Under the pieces are notes generated by a model. It saw nothing but the letters and a program-made list of their open reading frames with translations. It had not been told where the DNA came from and did not search any database. From Promethearchaeota archaeon Loki_b31 (GTDB lineage: Archaea; Asgardarchaeota; Lokiarchaeia; Sigyniarchaeales; SOKP01): a stretch of DNA of 64,000 nt. Of this stretch, positions 10,342 to 19,663 are shown piece after piece. The stretch is taken from NCBI GenBank assembly GCA_005222975.1, contig NJBI01000002.1, positions 1-64,000 on the forward strand. Reading direction: 5' to 3'. The stretch's first letter is position 1; the number at the start of each line of letters is the position of its first letter. Both the position numbers and the translations under genes were made by a program.

Positions 10342-11853
10342 TTAAAGCCCAAAGAAAGAATCATAATCAATATTCATAATTTGAAGATCGGAATCTAAAT
10401 CCCGAGTTGAAAATAAATCTCTTCCATATTTTTGAAGAAATTGAGCCTGAAGATTTTCGTAGAAATCTCGTAAATCTGTTAAATTAAAAGAATAATAAAG
10501 ATTTAAAGCATGGTTAAAATATTCTAGAAACTTTCCTTCTAAAACAATCAATTCTGCAAATAAATCATACCTGATAATGATTACATTTCTAAATTTTGTA
10601 TATATAATTTGTTTAATAGCATTTTTTATCCATCCTTTCCATCGGGTTCCGACAATGAATAACATCATATCTTTTTTTTGATATTTAATCGTTTTATCTT
10701 TAATATTATCATTAGAAAGATCACTCGTATAATCAAACATGAACGCACTTAGTATTCTTAAGGAATTAATATCTAATCCAAGTCTATTCAAAAGTTTTGG
10801 ATTATTGACGAGCCTAAAAAATAAATATTTCATGTTATTTATGTTTAAAAGAAGTGAATCAACTTTATATTTTCTCCTCGTTGAAACTATAGTTTCTGAA
10901 TATATTTTCAGTTGTTTTGACATAAAAAACATTGTAATAATATACTGAAAAGCTAAATGTAAATATGTTCCCATAAGACCATATATTTCAACGCAATCGG
11001 GACATCCTCTGCCTCTTTGAATAGAATTATAACTTGCCTTCCACACATGGTCTGAAACCGCCATACATTGCCATCTGAGTTTCGTCTTGTTCGGAGGTTT
11101 CTTTCCCCTACAACGCATTGTCGCTTTAAATTCCTCACGAGTCATATCCAATTCCAGGTCATCCCTAGAATTTCCCAATAATACACAATCCTCATAAGAA
11201 ATTTCTCTACAACGAGGACAACCAGTACCTCCAGCAATGCTTCTATAATGTGCAAGCCATGTATGGCTTGAATTTATTGAACATCGCCACGTTAACTTTA
11301 CTCTGCTGGGAGACACATTTCTCCTATTGAGCATTGCGTTATCAAATTCCTCACGAGTCATATCAAATTCCAAATCATCTCTAGAATTTCCCAATGCGAC
11401 ACAATCTTCATAAGTAATTTCTCTGCAATGAGGACAACCATACCCTATTTTAATAAAACTATAGCCTTTTTCCCAAAAATGGCGTGGATTTATCGAACAT
11501 CGCCATCTTAGCATTACTCTGCTGGGAGACACATTTCCCCTATTGAGCATTGCGTTATCAAATTCCTCACGAGTCATATCAAATTCCAGGTCATCTCTAG
11601 AATTTCCCAATGCGACACAATCCTCATAAGTAATTTCTCTGCACTGAGGGCATCCATAACCTATTCTAATAAGGCTGTAACCTTTTTCCCAAAAATGGCG
11701 TGGATTTATCGAACATCGCCATCTTAGCTTTACCTGGCTTGGACTTATTGTTCCTCTGTTTCTTATAACCTCATCAAATTCCTCACGAGTCATATCAAAT
11801 TCCAGGTCATCTCTAGAGTTTCCCAATGCGATACAATCCTCATAACTAATCAC
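10342..11853 (-). CDS. Protein with four tandem zinc-ribbon repeats (DUF4379-like) and possible C-terminal nuclease domain
   Basis: 4x WxC..H.W...GxGCPxC; C-terminal E..VD..D pattern weakly PD-(D/E)xK-like. Confidence 0.7.
   Translation of the reverse strand: MISYEDCIALGNSRDDLEFDMTREEFDEVIRNRGTISPSQVKLRWRCSINPRHFWEKGYSLIRIGYGCPQCREITYEDCVALGNSRDDLEFDMTREEFDNAMLNRGNVSPSRVMLRWRCSINPRHFWEKGYSFIKIGYGCPHCREITYEDCVALGNSRDDLEFDMTREEFDNAMLNRRNVSPSRVKLTWRCSINSSHTWLAHYRSIAGGTGCPRCREISYEDCVLLGNSRDDLELDMTREEFKATMRCRGKKPPNKTKLRWQCMAVSDHVWKASYNSIQRGRGCPDCVEIYGLMGTYLHLAFQYIITMFFMSKQLKIYSETIVSTRRKYKVDSLLLNINNMKYLFFRLVNNPKLLNRLGLDINSLRILSAFMFDYTSDLSNDNIKDKTIKYQKKDMMLFIVGTRWKGWIKNAIKQIIYTKFRNVIIIRYDLFAELIVLEGKFLEYFNHALNLYYSFNLTDLRDFYENLQAQFLQKYGRDLFSTRDLDSDLQIMNIDYDSFFGL
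10987..11850 (-). repeat. Four 216-bp (72-aa) intragenic tandem repeats
   Basis: aaattcctcacgagtcatatc recurs at 11128, 11344, 11560 and 11776. Confidence 0.95.
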
Positions 11854-12016
11854 ATTAATTACCTTTTTTCAATTTTTTTTTTAAACTCTTTTTAAAATAA
11901 TAATAAAAAATAGGATTTAAATATCTTTCGTGATTTACATATTTTGAAAATGTAATAGAATTAGTTTACAATCATGAAATAATTGTAATTCAATATTAAA
12001 AATATAAACATGCGAT

Positions 12017-13681
12017 TTGATGCCAACTTACGATATATTACTTAAAACTTTTACTACCCGAAAACTAAATTACTTATTTGCTATAAGTAAATTTGTTTGT
12101 GATACAAGAACACCTATTCCACCGTTAAATAATAATGACTATAGGATAAATAGAGAATCTTATAGAACATATTTAGAAAAGCTAACTTCTCTAACAGGCA
12201 CCTCCCTCCATTCATCATATATACGACAATTGGAATCATTAGAAATAGATAAATTATTATTTAAAGATAAAAATAATAATTTGAGATTTACTGAACTAGG
12301 ATTAAGCGTAGCCGATTTTTTTAATCAGTTACATATATTTTTTGGAGAATCAGATTTCTTCTATTTTCTTGAAAATACAAAGGATTATTTTAAAAAGAAG
12401 AAGACAAAAATTATTTTTTTTTTTGTTATATCAGAAATAATTTCAATTGCATCATACTTAGACTCATTATGGAAACTGAAGAAAATAATAGAGTATTCAG
12501 ATAAAGAAAGAATATCTATTTTTGAAATACGTAATATTAAACGCGAATTTGAATCAGAAATGCCAGTTGAAGGTTCATTATTAGGATATTTAAAAATAGA
12601 TAATTTTAAAACATTTATTGAAAATATTGCTTTAGCTTTAAAAGAACTACCCGCATATACAGAACGGAGAAAGAAATTGTTAATTAGAATAGATTCTGCT
12701 TTTCAAATATTACTGGGAAAAAATTACGATAAAAAAAAAATAGCTGATTTTCTATCCTTAGAAAAAAGTTTTAGCGAATGGGGATTTTTACAGCCAAATC
12801 TCCAATCTAATATTCAACCTCCTTTAGGATTTGATGAAAAGCTTTCAAACATCCTTAAGGAAGAAATTCAACCCACATATGCGTTTGTAAGGGAAAGATT
12901 TGGAAATGAAGATCTCAAATTCTGTTCCAAAATCCTTAGAAAAAATGAATCCAATCGAATTTTAGTTTCGAATAAAATCATTGAAATATTACCCTTATTA
13001 AAGCATATAGGTAATGTATTACACGTTCCTTTTACAAGTCTTAAATTAATTGAAATTTCAATCCTAATTCCATATATTGAACAACAAGCTAAACCCAATA
13101 TTTATTTAATACCATTTGACAAAGGATTTTTCTTAGTAACAGCATTAGTTCCTTTATATCGATATTCTTCGCCTCCAATCAGAAAATTATCTATAACATA
13201 CCCCTTGAATTTGACTATAGCCGAACATATTTATTATACTTTAAAAGATAAAACCTTTATGGATTTAAACAATTTTGATGTACGAGTAATTTATTATCTG
13301 CTCCGTTCCCTTGAAAGGATTGTATATGGAATATATTTTAAAAAATTATATACTAAAAGTGAGGAAGCAGATTTAATAAAGGAGTGGGGTGTTGGCTCAG
13401 AGCATTATGACACTTATAGAGTAGGTTCAGAATTCTTCAAAAAAGATACAGAATTTAATTTTGAAAGAATTAATTCAAGAGAAGATCCTTTATATAGTTC
13501 AGAAAATTTATGTATTTTGCTTGTTCCGAGAGTTAAGATATATTATGATAATTATTTCATATCATGTGGAATAACTATTGAAGCAAAAAATCACATATAC
13601 TTTCAAGCATTTGAATCTAAAAATTCTCCAAATCCGATATATTCTAAAATAATTAGACTTGTAGGAACTTCATTAAAATAG
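12017..13681 (+). CDS. Hypothetical protein (possible N-terminal winged helix)
   Basis: 554-aa ORF; LESLEIDKLL...LRFTELG resembles a wHTH wing. Confidence 0.6.
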   Translation: MMPTYDILLKTFTTRKLNYLFAISKFVCDTRTPIPPLNNNDYRINRESYRTYLEKLTSLTGTSLHSSYIRQLESLEIDKLLFKDKNNNLRFTELGLSVADFFNQLHIFFGESDFFYFLENTKDYFKKKKTKIIFFFVISEIISIASYLDSLWKLKKIIEYSDKERISIFEIRNIKREFESEMPVEGSLLGYLKIDNFKTFIENIALALKELPAYTERRKKLLIRIDSAFQILLGKNYDKKKIADFLSLEKSFSEWGFLQPNLQSNIQPPLGFDEKLSNILKEEIQPTYAFVRERFGNEDLKFCSKILRKNESNRILVSNKIIEILPLLKHIGNVLHVPFTSLKLIEISILIPYIEQQAKPNIYLIPFDKGFFLVTALVPLYRYSSPPIRKLSITYPLNLTIAEHIYYTLKDKTFMDLNNFDVRVIYYLLRSLERIVYGIYFKKLYTKSEEADLIKEWGVGSEHYDTYRVGSEFFKKDTEFNFERINSREDPLYSSENLCILLVPRVKIYYDNYFISCGITIEAKNHIYFQAFESKNSPNPIYSKIIRLVGTSLK

Positions 13682-13745
13682 AAGGTTTGCTATGTTTCAG
13701 AAGTAAATTATATCGAGTGTTTCTTCTAAAATTCTCAACAGATAA

Positions 13746-15134
13746 TTATTCACTTACATCATCCTCAATATTGATAATTAACCTCTCCCAAAGATCACAT
13801 ATTTCGGCAGTTTTTTTGGGAGCTATCCCAATATAATTTTCTGGATGTAAAATTAGCTTTATATGGTTCTCATTAAATTTCTTTAAATATGGTTTAATAG
13901 TTTTATCCTCGAAAATTAATTTTATAAGAGATTTACTTTCTTGATTAGATACTATAGTCAATTCTCGCACTTTTTCATATGCATTTGAATACCCTGATTG
14001 AGAAAGTAATATCTGTAATGGCTCAGCAATGATTTTATCTGCACTTTGTACGAAATTTTTCTTCATTTTATCTCTGTTTATCTGTAAATTTTTTGTGACA
14101 TTAATTGCTCGTTTTACAGAAGAATCGAATATAACAAATAATTCAGGTAAATACCTTGATGATAAAGAATTGGTTAAATCACCTTGATGTTCAATGATTT
14201 GATTTAAGTACAATGTTATCATTGTTGGCATAAATTTTTTCCAAGAACTTTTTATATTTTCAAAATTAATAGGATTTCTCTTCTGAGGCATTGTTGAAGA
14301 TCCTATTTGTTTTACATCAAAACTTTCATATACTTCTCCGATCTCTGTTCTCTGTAAATTTCTCATATCGTCAGCATAATTAGCCAGAACTCCCCAACCT
14401 AAAACAACTGTATGAATTAAGTTAATTAATGGTTCTGGAGGCAAAATTTGAGTAGAGATTTTTGATGATTTTAATCCCAAACTTTTTAATAAATCATATT
14501 CAAATTTTTCAGGATTGTCTAAAAATAAGGATAAAGCATTATAGGCCCCAATAGACCCACTAAATTTTCCTACTAAATTATTTATAGCATTTTTTACTTT
14601 TAAAATCATATTGCCCCATCTATTAACATATTGAGCAATAAAAAATCCAAAAGTTAATGGTTCTGCATGTTGTCCATGAGTTCTACCCATTTGAAGTGTG
14701 TTTTTTTCATTTCTAGCCATTTCAATTAATGAACGTTCTAACTTGACCATATCTGGCAAAATTATGTCATAAAACGCATTTTTATATCTTAAAATATTAG
14801 CGATATTAATAATATCATAAGAAGTCGCTGTTAAATGAATATAGAGCTTTGCTTTGGGGGATACTTTACTTTTTATAATTTCAACTAATGCTCGGATATC
14901 ATGCTTTAATTCTTCCTCCTTTTGATATACTTCTTTTGTATAGATTTTTTCACTAGCTTTTTCAACTTCATCTATTATATCTTTAGGACATATACCATAT
15001 TCCGCAAGTTTCCTTATAAGTGCAACTTCTACAATTGTTTTATATTTAATAAAAGCATCTTCAGTTAAGTAATCCTTTAATTCTTCTACTGAATATCTAA
15101 AATCGGTTGGAGAAAAACAATCAAATTTTTTCAT
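13746..15134 (-). CDS. purB: Adenylosuccinate lyase (island-borne)
   Basis: KHDI, HLTATSYDI, MGRTHGQHA and SSTMPQKRNP fumarase/lyase signature. Confidence 0.92.
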   Translation of the reverse strand: MKKFDCFSPTDFRYSVEELKDYLTEDAFIKYKTIVEVALIRKLAEYGICPKDIIDEVEKASEKIYTKEVYQKEEELKHDIRALVEIIKSKVSPKAKLYIHLTATSYDIINIANILRYKNAFYDIILPDMVKLERSLIEMARNEKNTLQMGRTHGQHAEPLTFGFFIAQYVNRWGNMILKVKNAINNLVGKFSGSIGAYNALSLFLDNPEKFEYDLLKSLGLKSSKISTQILPPEPLINLIHTVVLGWGVLANYADDMRNLQRTEIGEVYESFDVKQIGSSTMPQKRNPINFENIKSSWKKFMPTMITLYLNQIIEHQGDLTNSLSSRYLPELFVIFDSSVKRAINVTKNLQINRDKMKKNFVQSADKIIAEPLQILLSQSGYSNAYEKVRELTIVSNQESKSLIKLIFEDKTIKPYLKKFNENHIKLILHPENYIGIAPKKTAEICDLWERLIINIEDDVSE

Positions 15135-15739
15135 TGAATTTCATTTATAATTTTTGTTCTTATTTGTTTAAGTTTAGGATTATCAACATTTAATTCTAAT
15201 TCATCAACATTGATGAACCAAATTTTGCTTTTTGTCATAAACTTAAAGAAATTCTTAATTTTTTCATGGAAGTCCATAAAATATCCTGGGTCCGCATTCT
15301 TCTCATACTCACGACCTCTTTGTAATATTCTACGCTTTAATATTTCAATTGATAAATCTAAATATATTACTAAATATGGAATTCCTACTTTTCTTATAAT
15401 ATAATCATAAAGATTTTTAAAAATCTTCAATTCTTCATCTTTTAAATTTAATTCTGCAAATACTAAATCCTTTTCAATTGAAAAATCTGCTATTAAAAAT
15501 GAATTTTGGCAGTTTTTAATAGAGTCTTTCAATTGTGTAAAATGAATTAAAAGAAATGTAACTTCTGTCTCAAAATTTATACTTAAATCTCCACTATAAA
15601 ATCTTTTCAGGAAAGGATTTATATTATATTTCTCAAGTATTTTCCCGATTTTTAATTCACGAGAGAAATAGTTAGTTAAACTTGTTTTACCAGAACCTAT
15701 ACCTCCTTCGAAACTTATTAATTTCACCATAATAATCAA
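15131..15739 (-). CDS. Deoxynucleoside kinase (dGK-like)
   Basis: EGGIGSGKT P-loop, NPFLKRFY, ADFS..KD.VFA, lid RILQRGREYE. Confidence 0.85.
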   Translation of the reverse strand: MIIMVKLISFEGGIGSGKTSLTNYFSRELKIGKILEKYNINPFLKRFYSGDLSINFETEVTFLLIHFTQLKDSIKNCQNSFLIADFSIEKDLVFAELNLKDEELKIFKNLYDYIIRKVGIPYLVIYLDLSIEILKRRILQRGREYEKNADPGYFMDFHEKIKNFFKFMTKSKIWFINVDELELNVDNPKLKQIRTKIINEIQ

Positions 15740-15812
15740 TATTATAATGCTACTAAATTTTTTACAATTAAGAAAGATTTAAATTATAATCCAAGAGTTA
15801 TTGCATTAACTT

Positions 15813-16820
15813 TTATTTTTCTTTTTTTTTCTTTAATCCTTTAAATAGATTAATATTAATTAATGCCTTTACACTAGAATTTTTCTCTAAATGCATATTT
15901 TTCTTGACTCCTATTTTATATTTCGGTTTTTTTTGAGATTTATATAGTGCAATAAAAGCAATTAAAATCGCAAAAAAAGATAGAATGAGACTTATAATAC
16001 TTATATTACTTGTTTCTGTTTCATCAAATTTAATTGAACTTGATGAAAAAGTAGTGATTATGGTAAGAGCCGTTATTAAGATTGCTAGAACAGAAAAAAC
16101 TGTAGTACTAAGTGTGTCTATTCGTTTTGAGAACGCTTTTTGAAAGTCTTCAATATTTTTATCCATTTTATCTAATCGCTTTGGTATTCGTGCAAATAAA
16201 CCACTTTTTAATTTAGTATTATAATGGTAAATATCATATATTTCTGTAGGTCGATTTTTATAAGGCAGACTGACTCCTTCTTTATATTTAGTTGTTCTAA
16301 CAAAATCTATTAAAGCCAACTTTTCCCCTAGCTTAAATGTTACATTCTCATCGGATAAATTAAAGATAGGACAATGTAATGGACCGACCCAGCCAGGATC
16401 GACTTGTAATGCTCCAAGCCAGAGCAACCCTTTATATATCATACTTACTCGAAGATTCCACCTAGCTATTAAAAATGCTGGTAAATTAATTCTCTCGGCA
16501 GTACTAATAATTACACATTGGAATGGAGGGATATTGATTTCATTAGAAATTTTGTCAAGTTCATAAACTTCTTCATTTTGAGCATATTGCTTTCCTATTG
16601 TTAATAGATATCCCGCAGGTTTTAAATTTTCTTTATTAAAATGTTCTTTATCAATTAATTCACATTTTTCAACTAAACGCTCTATTTCATCACTTAAAAG
16701 TACTCCTGCTTCTCCATTTGAGTCCTCCTTTAAATAAATTGCATTTATCTTTTCAGTCTCTTTCGACTTTTCCCTATCAGATTTTCTTTGTGTTTTTTTA
16801 CTACTTGGTTTTTTACCTAT
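15813..16820 (-). CDS. dCTP deaminase/trimeric dUTPase-fold protein with two C-terminal TM helices (probable ATA start; ORF track starts at 16442)
   Basis: Frame open upstream of 16442: VLLSDEIERL, LKPAGYLLTIG, STAERINLP, RWNLRVS, VDPGWVG; two hydrophobic C-terminal segments; GGAGGTG 7 nt before ATA. Confidence 0.8.
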   Translation of the reverse strand: MGKKPSSKKTQRKSDREKSKETEKINAIYLKEDSNGEAGVLLSDEIERLVEKCELIDKEHFNKENLKPAGYLLTIGKQYAQNEEVYELDKISNEINIPPFQCVIISTAERINLPAFLIARWNLRVSMIYKGLLWLGALQVDPGWVGPLHCPIFNLSDENVTFKLGEKLALIDFVRTTKYKEGVSLPYKNRPTEIYDIYHYNTKLKSGLFARIPKRLDKMDKNIEDFQKAFSKRIDTLSTTVFSVLAILITALTIITTFSSSSIKFDETETSNISIISLILSFFAILIAFIALYKSQKKPKYKIGVKKNMHLEKNSSVKALININLFKGLKKKKEK

Positions 16821-17865
16821 ATTTCACCACCTCCACTATTTTTCTATCAATAAGTTCTTCGTCCATAGGACCTATACCAAGAAAATTTATCTTTGTCTCT
16901 AATCTTTCTTCTAAAAAATAAATGAATGACTTAGTTTCTTGTGATAAGTCTTCAAATGTCTCAACACCTTTATTTCTATAATCAAGATAATCAGTTCCCA
17001 TTAATGCTATTTCTGTGGGTCTATTTATAAAAACTGCTTTTTCGACTATGTCAATATCAAATCTCGCTACACGTCTTAGCCTTTTAGTTACAGATGTAAA
17101 TTCTTGAATTTTATATGGATAATTACTTTCGCTTCTTATTGTTTCCCAATCAATTTCATTTGGAAGAGGTCCAGAATTTCCGCCAACTCTAATGGGAAAT
17201 GTCCTTATTACCATTATAATATCGGAAACGATTAATGGACTAATACCTACTTCACTTATAAATGCGGCAGCTGTTGTATCTCTACTCGTTGTGTATGGAT
17301 AATATTTACTATGATAAACAGAAAGACCGAATCCCTGAGTTCCCTCGATTACAATTTTATTATTATCTGAATAATGCTCCATTACTTTTTTATGTGTACA
17401 AGCTAAATATTGTTGTAATTCAGGAACATCTTTCGCAAGTTTTATATCTTTAGTTCTTAAAGCTCGTTTTGCTACGGCAATCCCAGTTCCTGTGCATGTT
17501 GATCCTATACGATTATTCAAATTATTTCTAATTTCTTCTTGATCATATCCTTCGTCTATAATGACAGCATTGCGATCTATACCTAATCTATCTGGAAACA
17601 GTTTAAACAATTTAATTTCCTCTAATAATACTTCTAAGTCAATGAGACAACCAGCAGCAAGATATAATCTAGCAGATGGATTTACAACACCTGCAGGAAT
17701 TTGTCTAAGAACCACAGGTTCGTTATTAATATTTATTGTATGTCCGGAATTTGGTCCACCACATCTAATAGCGACATTATAATTATGATTGCGACATAAA
17801 TGTGCGGTTACCTTCCCTTTCCCTTCAGATCCAAATTGACCTCCTATGACAACAGTAATAGTCAA
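16813..17865 (-). CDS. Adenylosuccinate synthetase homolog, PurZ/PurZ0-like (putative 2-amino-deoxyadenylosuccinate synthetase)
   Basis: PurA fold (GPNSGHT, EGTQG, YPYTTS) but GSEGKG, FPIRVGGNSGP and EFTSVTKRLRR. Confidence 0.85.
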   Translation of the reverse strand: MTITVVIGGQFGSEGKGKVTAHLCRNHNYNVAIRCGGPNSGHTININNEPVVLRQIPAGVVNPSARLYLAAGCLIDLEVLLEEIKLFKLFPDRLGIDRNAVIIDEGYDQEEIRNNLNNRIGSTCTGTGIAVAKRALRTKDIKLAKDVPELQQYLACTHKKVMEHYSDNNKIVIEGTQGFGLSVYHSKYYPYTTSRDTTAAAFISEVGISPLIVSDIIMVIRTFPIRVGGNSGPLPNEIDWETIRSESNYPYKIQEFTSVTKRLRRVARFDIDIVEKAVFINRPTEIALMGTDYLDYRNKGVETFEDLSQETKSFIYFLEERLETKINFLGIGPMDEELIDRKIVEVVKYR

Positions 17866-17887
17866 TATTATTCACCTTTTTTTATAA

Positions 17888-19519
17888 TTATATTAATCTT
17901 GGAATTATTAAATGTTCTTCAACATCATTTCCTAAAGCTTCATATTCCTCAGCAAGATAAAAATAACCAACAAGAGCAGAAGTAAAAGCATCGAGTTCAT
18001 CGTGAGTAATTTTTTCATTTTTTGAAATAAATTTTATTCCTAAATTCTTTAATTCTATTTCTAATTCTTTTAAATCAACTTTTTTTCTTGGTATGCATAA
18101 AATATCTTGAGCGGCACCAGGATAACTTTCTATTACTTTAAAACCTTTTTCACGAAATATACGAGATAATTTAATCCCCCTTAGAGTTAATTTTTGCATG
18201 CTTTTAATGAGACTTGGATATACATTTATACCTCTACTCTTAAGAATTCTTTCACATTCGCGTGTAATTCCAAATTTTCTGCATTTACAAGAGTCATCTG
18301 CACAACATCTCCCTTTAGGTAAACCTAATGGAGAATCTATAGATATAATAGTTGGCTTTGCATTTATTGTTTTAGAAATAATATCATCATCATTTTCTAA
18401 AGGTGATAAATATGCCTCTTTATCTTTAAGAATACAAAATCCAGAACTTCTATTTTGAGAACCTGTTAGGTCTATTCCAACAGACACGCATGAATTATTA
18501 TGTTTTTTAATCTTTTTAATCATATTCTCTAAATTAATATTAACTCTTTCAATTTTCTTTGGATTTATACAAAATAAGAGTTCATTATTTAAATAAACCT
18601 CAATTATACCGTTTGGTCTATTTTGTGTAATAATTTTTGGAATAAAATGCTCTGATTTCTTTTTTAAATTCTCTTTTTCTTTTCTTATGATTTCTTTAAA
18701 ATTTTTGGTATGAGGTTGTTGAATTAATTCACCTAAATAATATGAAATTGTCTCTTTTTCATCTCTAATTAATTTAGATTGAATTTGAGATAATTTTTTT
18801 AAAAAACAAAGATCCATAATGTATTTTAAATTAATAATATCATAGATATTATATAAAACCAAGTTCTCTAAAGCTTTATTATTACCTCTTAAAAATTTAT
18901 TCCAAAAAGAGACTGCTTCTCTGCCATTTACTTCTTGTAGATTATCTGGTCTTTTAATATTTAATTTTTTTTCAATTTTTTTTAAAGGTCCTTTTAATCC
19001 TAGACTCCTTAAAAGATATCTTAAATCTATATGTAATGGAGGAAGTCTAATTTCAGGAAGCTCCTTTTTTATAAAGGGAATATCAAATAATTTACCATTA
19101 AAAGTAATAATAATTTCATAATCTTTGATATAATCAATAAATTCTTCTAAATTACTATCTTTTATAAAAATCTTAACCTCTTTTCCATTATAAGTACCAA
19201 TTACGGTGATTTTGTCATAATATAAAGATAATCCTGTCGTTTCAATATCCAAAAATATCGTCTTATCGATGAAATCTTTGTAAACTCTCCAATATTCTTT
19301 CTTTGGTAAGTATTTAACAAAATATGATATAAGATTTCCATAGAATTCTCTCTCTATTTTGTCTAAGTATTCATTAATAAGTTCTCTCTTGTTTTTACTT
19401 AATCCAAATATTTTTGATTTTCTTCTAAAGATTTCCCAGGTCAAAATGCCCATATTCCATAAATGTTCCTCTGTTTTTTCTCCAATTCCCGGAACACAAA
19501 TAAAAGTACTTTTCATCAT
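17888..19519 (-). CDS. YprB-like RNase H-fold 3'-5' exonuclease fused to DUF429 nuclease domain
   Basis: HhH VPGIG; LDIETTG, TFNGKLFD and YNIYD Exo motifs; then GIDL, IDSPLGLP, IESYP, HDELDA. Confidence 0.85.
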   Translation of the reverse strand: MMKSTFICVPGIGEKTEEHLWNMGILTWEIFRRKSKIFGLSKNKRELINEYLDKIEREFYGNLISYFVKYLPKKEYWRVYKDFIDKTIFLDIETTGLSLYYDKITVIGTYNGKEVKIFIKDSNLEEFIDYIKDYEIIITFNGKLFDIPFIKKELPEIRLPPLHIDLRYLLRSLGLKGPLKKIEKKLNIKRPDNLQEVNGREAVSFWNKFLRGNNKALENLVLYNIYDIINLKYIMDLCFLKKLSQIQSKLIRDEKETISYYLGELIQQPHTKNFKEIIRKEKENLKKKSEHFIPKIITQNRPNGIIEVYLNNELLFCINPKKIERVNINLENMIKKIKKHNNSCVSVGIDLTGSQNRSSGFCILKDKEAYLSPLENDDDIISKTINAKPTIISIDSPLGLPKGRCCADDSCKCRKFGITRECERILKSRGINVYPSLIKSMQKLTLRGIKLSRIFREKGFKVIESYPGAAQDILCIPRKKVDLKELEIELKNLGIKFISKNEKITHDELDAFTSALVGYFYLAEEYEALGNDVEEHLIIPRLI

Positions 19520-19663
19520 ATTTACTTCTGAATCACCATTTTTTATTACATTTAGTCCTATTTTTATCTTTTTATTTTGAATTGTAATTAGATTTTGTAT
19601 TAATTGATTTTTATTGAAGTATTTTAACCGAATGTATTTAAAAAAAAAGTTAAGATACTATGT

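Noticed and set aside
10987-11850. CRISPR-like array
   Set aside because: 216-bp in-frame coding repeats, no unique spacers, no cas genes
16694-16717. AAGGAGG + ATG on the minus strand as start of the Dcd-fold gene
   Set aside because: Out of frame (gives MEKQEYF*); the long frame is open through it up to the ATA overlapping the synthetase stop
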